From: Leucoraja ocellata
Lineage: Eukaryota
Length of the DNA: 64,000 nt
Direction: 5' to 3'
Assembly (NCBI GenBank): GCA_036785375.1
Contig: JAWMAR010000201.1
Location: forward strand, 558,001 to 622,000
Shown piece after piece: positions 62,886-64,000 of the stretch. Both the position numbers and the translations under genes were made by a program. Position 1 is the first letter of the stretch, and each line of letters begins with the position of its first letter. The notes under the pieces were generated by a model. The model saw nothing but the letters and a program-made list of their open reading frames with translations, did no database searches and had not been told where the DNA came from.

Positions 62886-63035
62886 TATAAATTTAAGATT
62901 TCATCCACACTCTGGTTCCATGCATAGATTGCTCCCTTGGTCCTTCATGGGCCAAACTATTCCACCTGGATACTCTCACTCACTCACATTTATAAAATGA
63001 AATGGAATTTTTCTTAACCTTCTTTGCTAGTGATA

Positions 63036-64000
63036 TCTATATAATTAAAAGTCTGATCTTAACCAATTCCTGTTTGCACCGCATATTGCTTTTAGAAAAA
63101 ACACTACCACTTACGGCTGTGATTTTTGGCCATCTTACTCAGAGTTCCCCTCCACTCCGCAGGACCAGAGGATTTTTCCCATCGATGAAAAAAAAACTTA
63201 TTAATGTTTAAAAAATGTTAAGATTCTCTCCTGTCAATCACGTCATGGAGGTCATGCCACTTTCAGTGGGAGTAGGGAGGGACTATAAAACCCGGAAGTG
63301 TGGACGTGCCTCAGTCTCTGCAAGATGGGGGAACGAGAGGTCACATGTCTCAGTCTGAGCTGGGAATAACACTGAACACATGTCTACTAAACTGTGAGTG
63401 TTGTTTTACTGACCTGTGAGTGCCCTTATTGTCGTTTGAAAATCAAGTTTGAAAATGAAAATGTGGTTGGTTTGAATTGAAAAGAAACGGTGGTTAGTTT
63501 GAATTGAAAAGAAAATGTGGTTGGTTTGAAATTAAAAGCTCCGTCTCTACAAGATGGGGAGTGAAAGGCTCTCAGTCTGAGCTGGAAATGTACAGAACAC
63601 TGAGTATACTGACTTGTGAGTACCCTTTATGTATTTTAAACTGTGCCTTTTGCAACTGTGTGCCTATTTCAACTCTATGCCTTTTGCAACTGTAAAAAAA
63701 AGATGAAAATGTTTAAAATTGATTGTCCACACTCTCCCCCGTCCCTCTCACAGTCTCTCGTCTGTTTTCGGCAGAATTTCTGAAAGTTTCTGAGCTATCA
63801 GCCTGTCAGGCCTGAGTTACTGAGCTGCCAGGCCTCAGTTACTGAGCTGCCAGGCCTGAGTGACTGAGCTTCCAGCCCAAGAATCCGTTTGGCCCACAAT
63901 ATCCATATTAGCCCTCTGGAAGCCAGTCCCTTTGGCCCACAACAGCCATGCCAGCGCTCCAGAAAGCCCCCCCCCCCCCCCCCCCCCCAACTGGCCAGCA
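63036..64000 (+). mobile_element. Probable non-autonomous Helitron, 5' part, running off the window
   Basis: Starts A|TCTATATAATTAAAAG, a 5'-TC terminus after a host A. Internal minisatellites at 63440-63535 (gtggttggtttgaa) and 63808-63870 (ggcctgagttactgagctgcca). Confidence 0.5.

Overview
Vertebrate genomic DNA, most likely an elasmobranch such as a skate or ray (CR1/HER1-type LINEs and an HE1-like tRNA-derived SINE). It is repeat-rich and has one 200-N assembly gap at 25869-26068. Recognisable genes match the human 1q23 neighbourhood. (1) The first coding exon of DEDD (minus strand) lies head-to-head with (2) NDUFS2, of which only exons 1-2 can be found. (3) FCER1G (FcR-gamma) has exons 2-5 clearly present, a candidate exon 1, and a 1-nt frameshift in the ITAM exon. 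(4) A three-copy tandem duplication (43012-62262, about 5.83 kb per unit) carries in each unit a stop-riddled Ig V exon and an open Ig C2 exon of SLAM/CD2-family type. The rest is nested mobile DNA: CR1, L1, Rex1/Babar and Penelope-like retroelements, a decayed BEL/Pao LTR element, a solo LTR, hAT and TA-flanked MITEs, a DNA transposon with a 7-bp TSD, and a probable non-autonomous Helitron. The most interesting points are the SLAM/CD2-like array beside FCER1G, the truncated NDUFS2 whose exon 2 is splice-phase compatible with FCER1G exon 2, and the broken ITAM. The last two may be assembly artefacts. All calls were made by reading the sequence; no searches were run.
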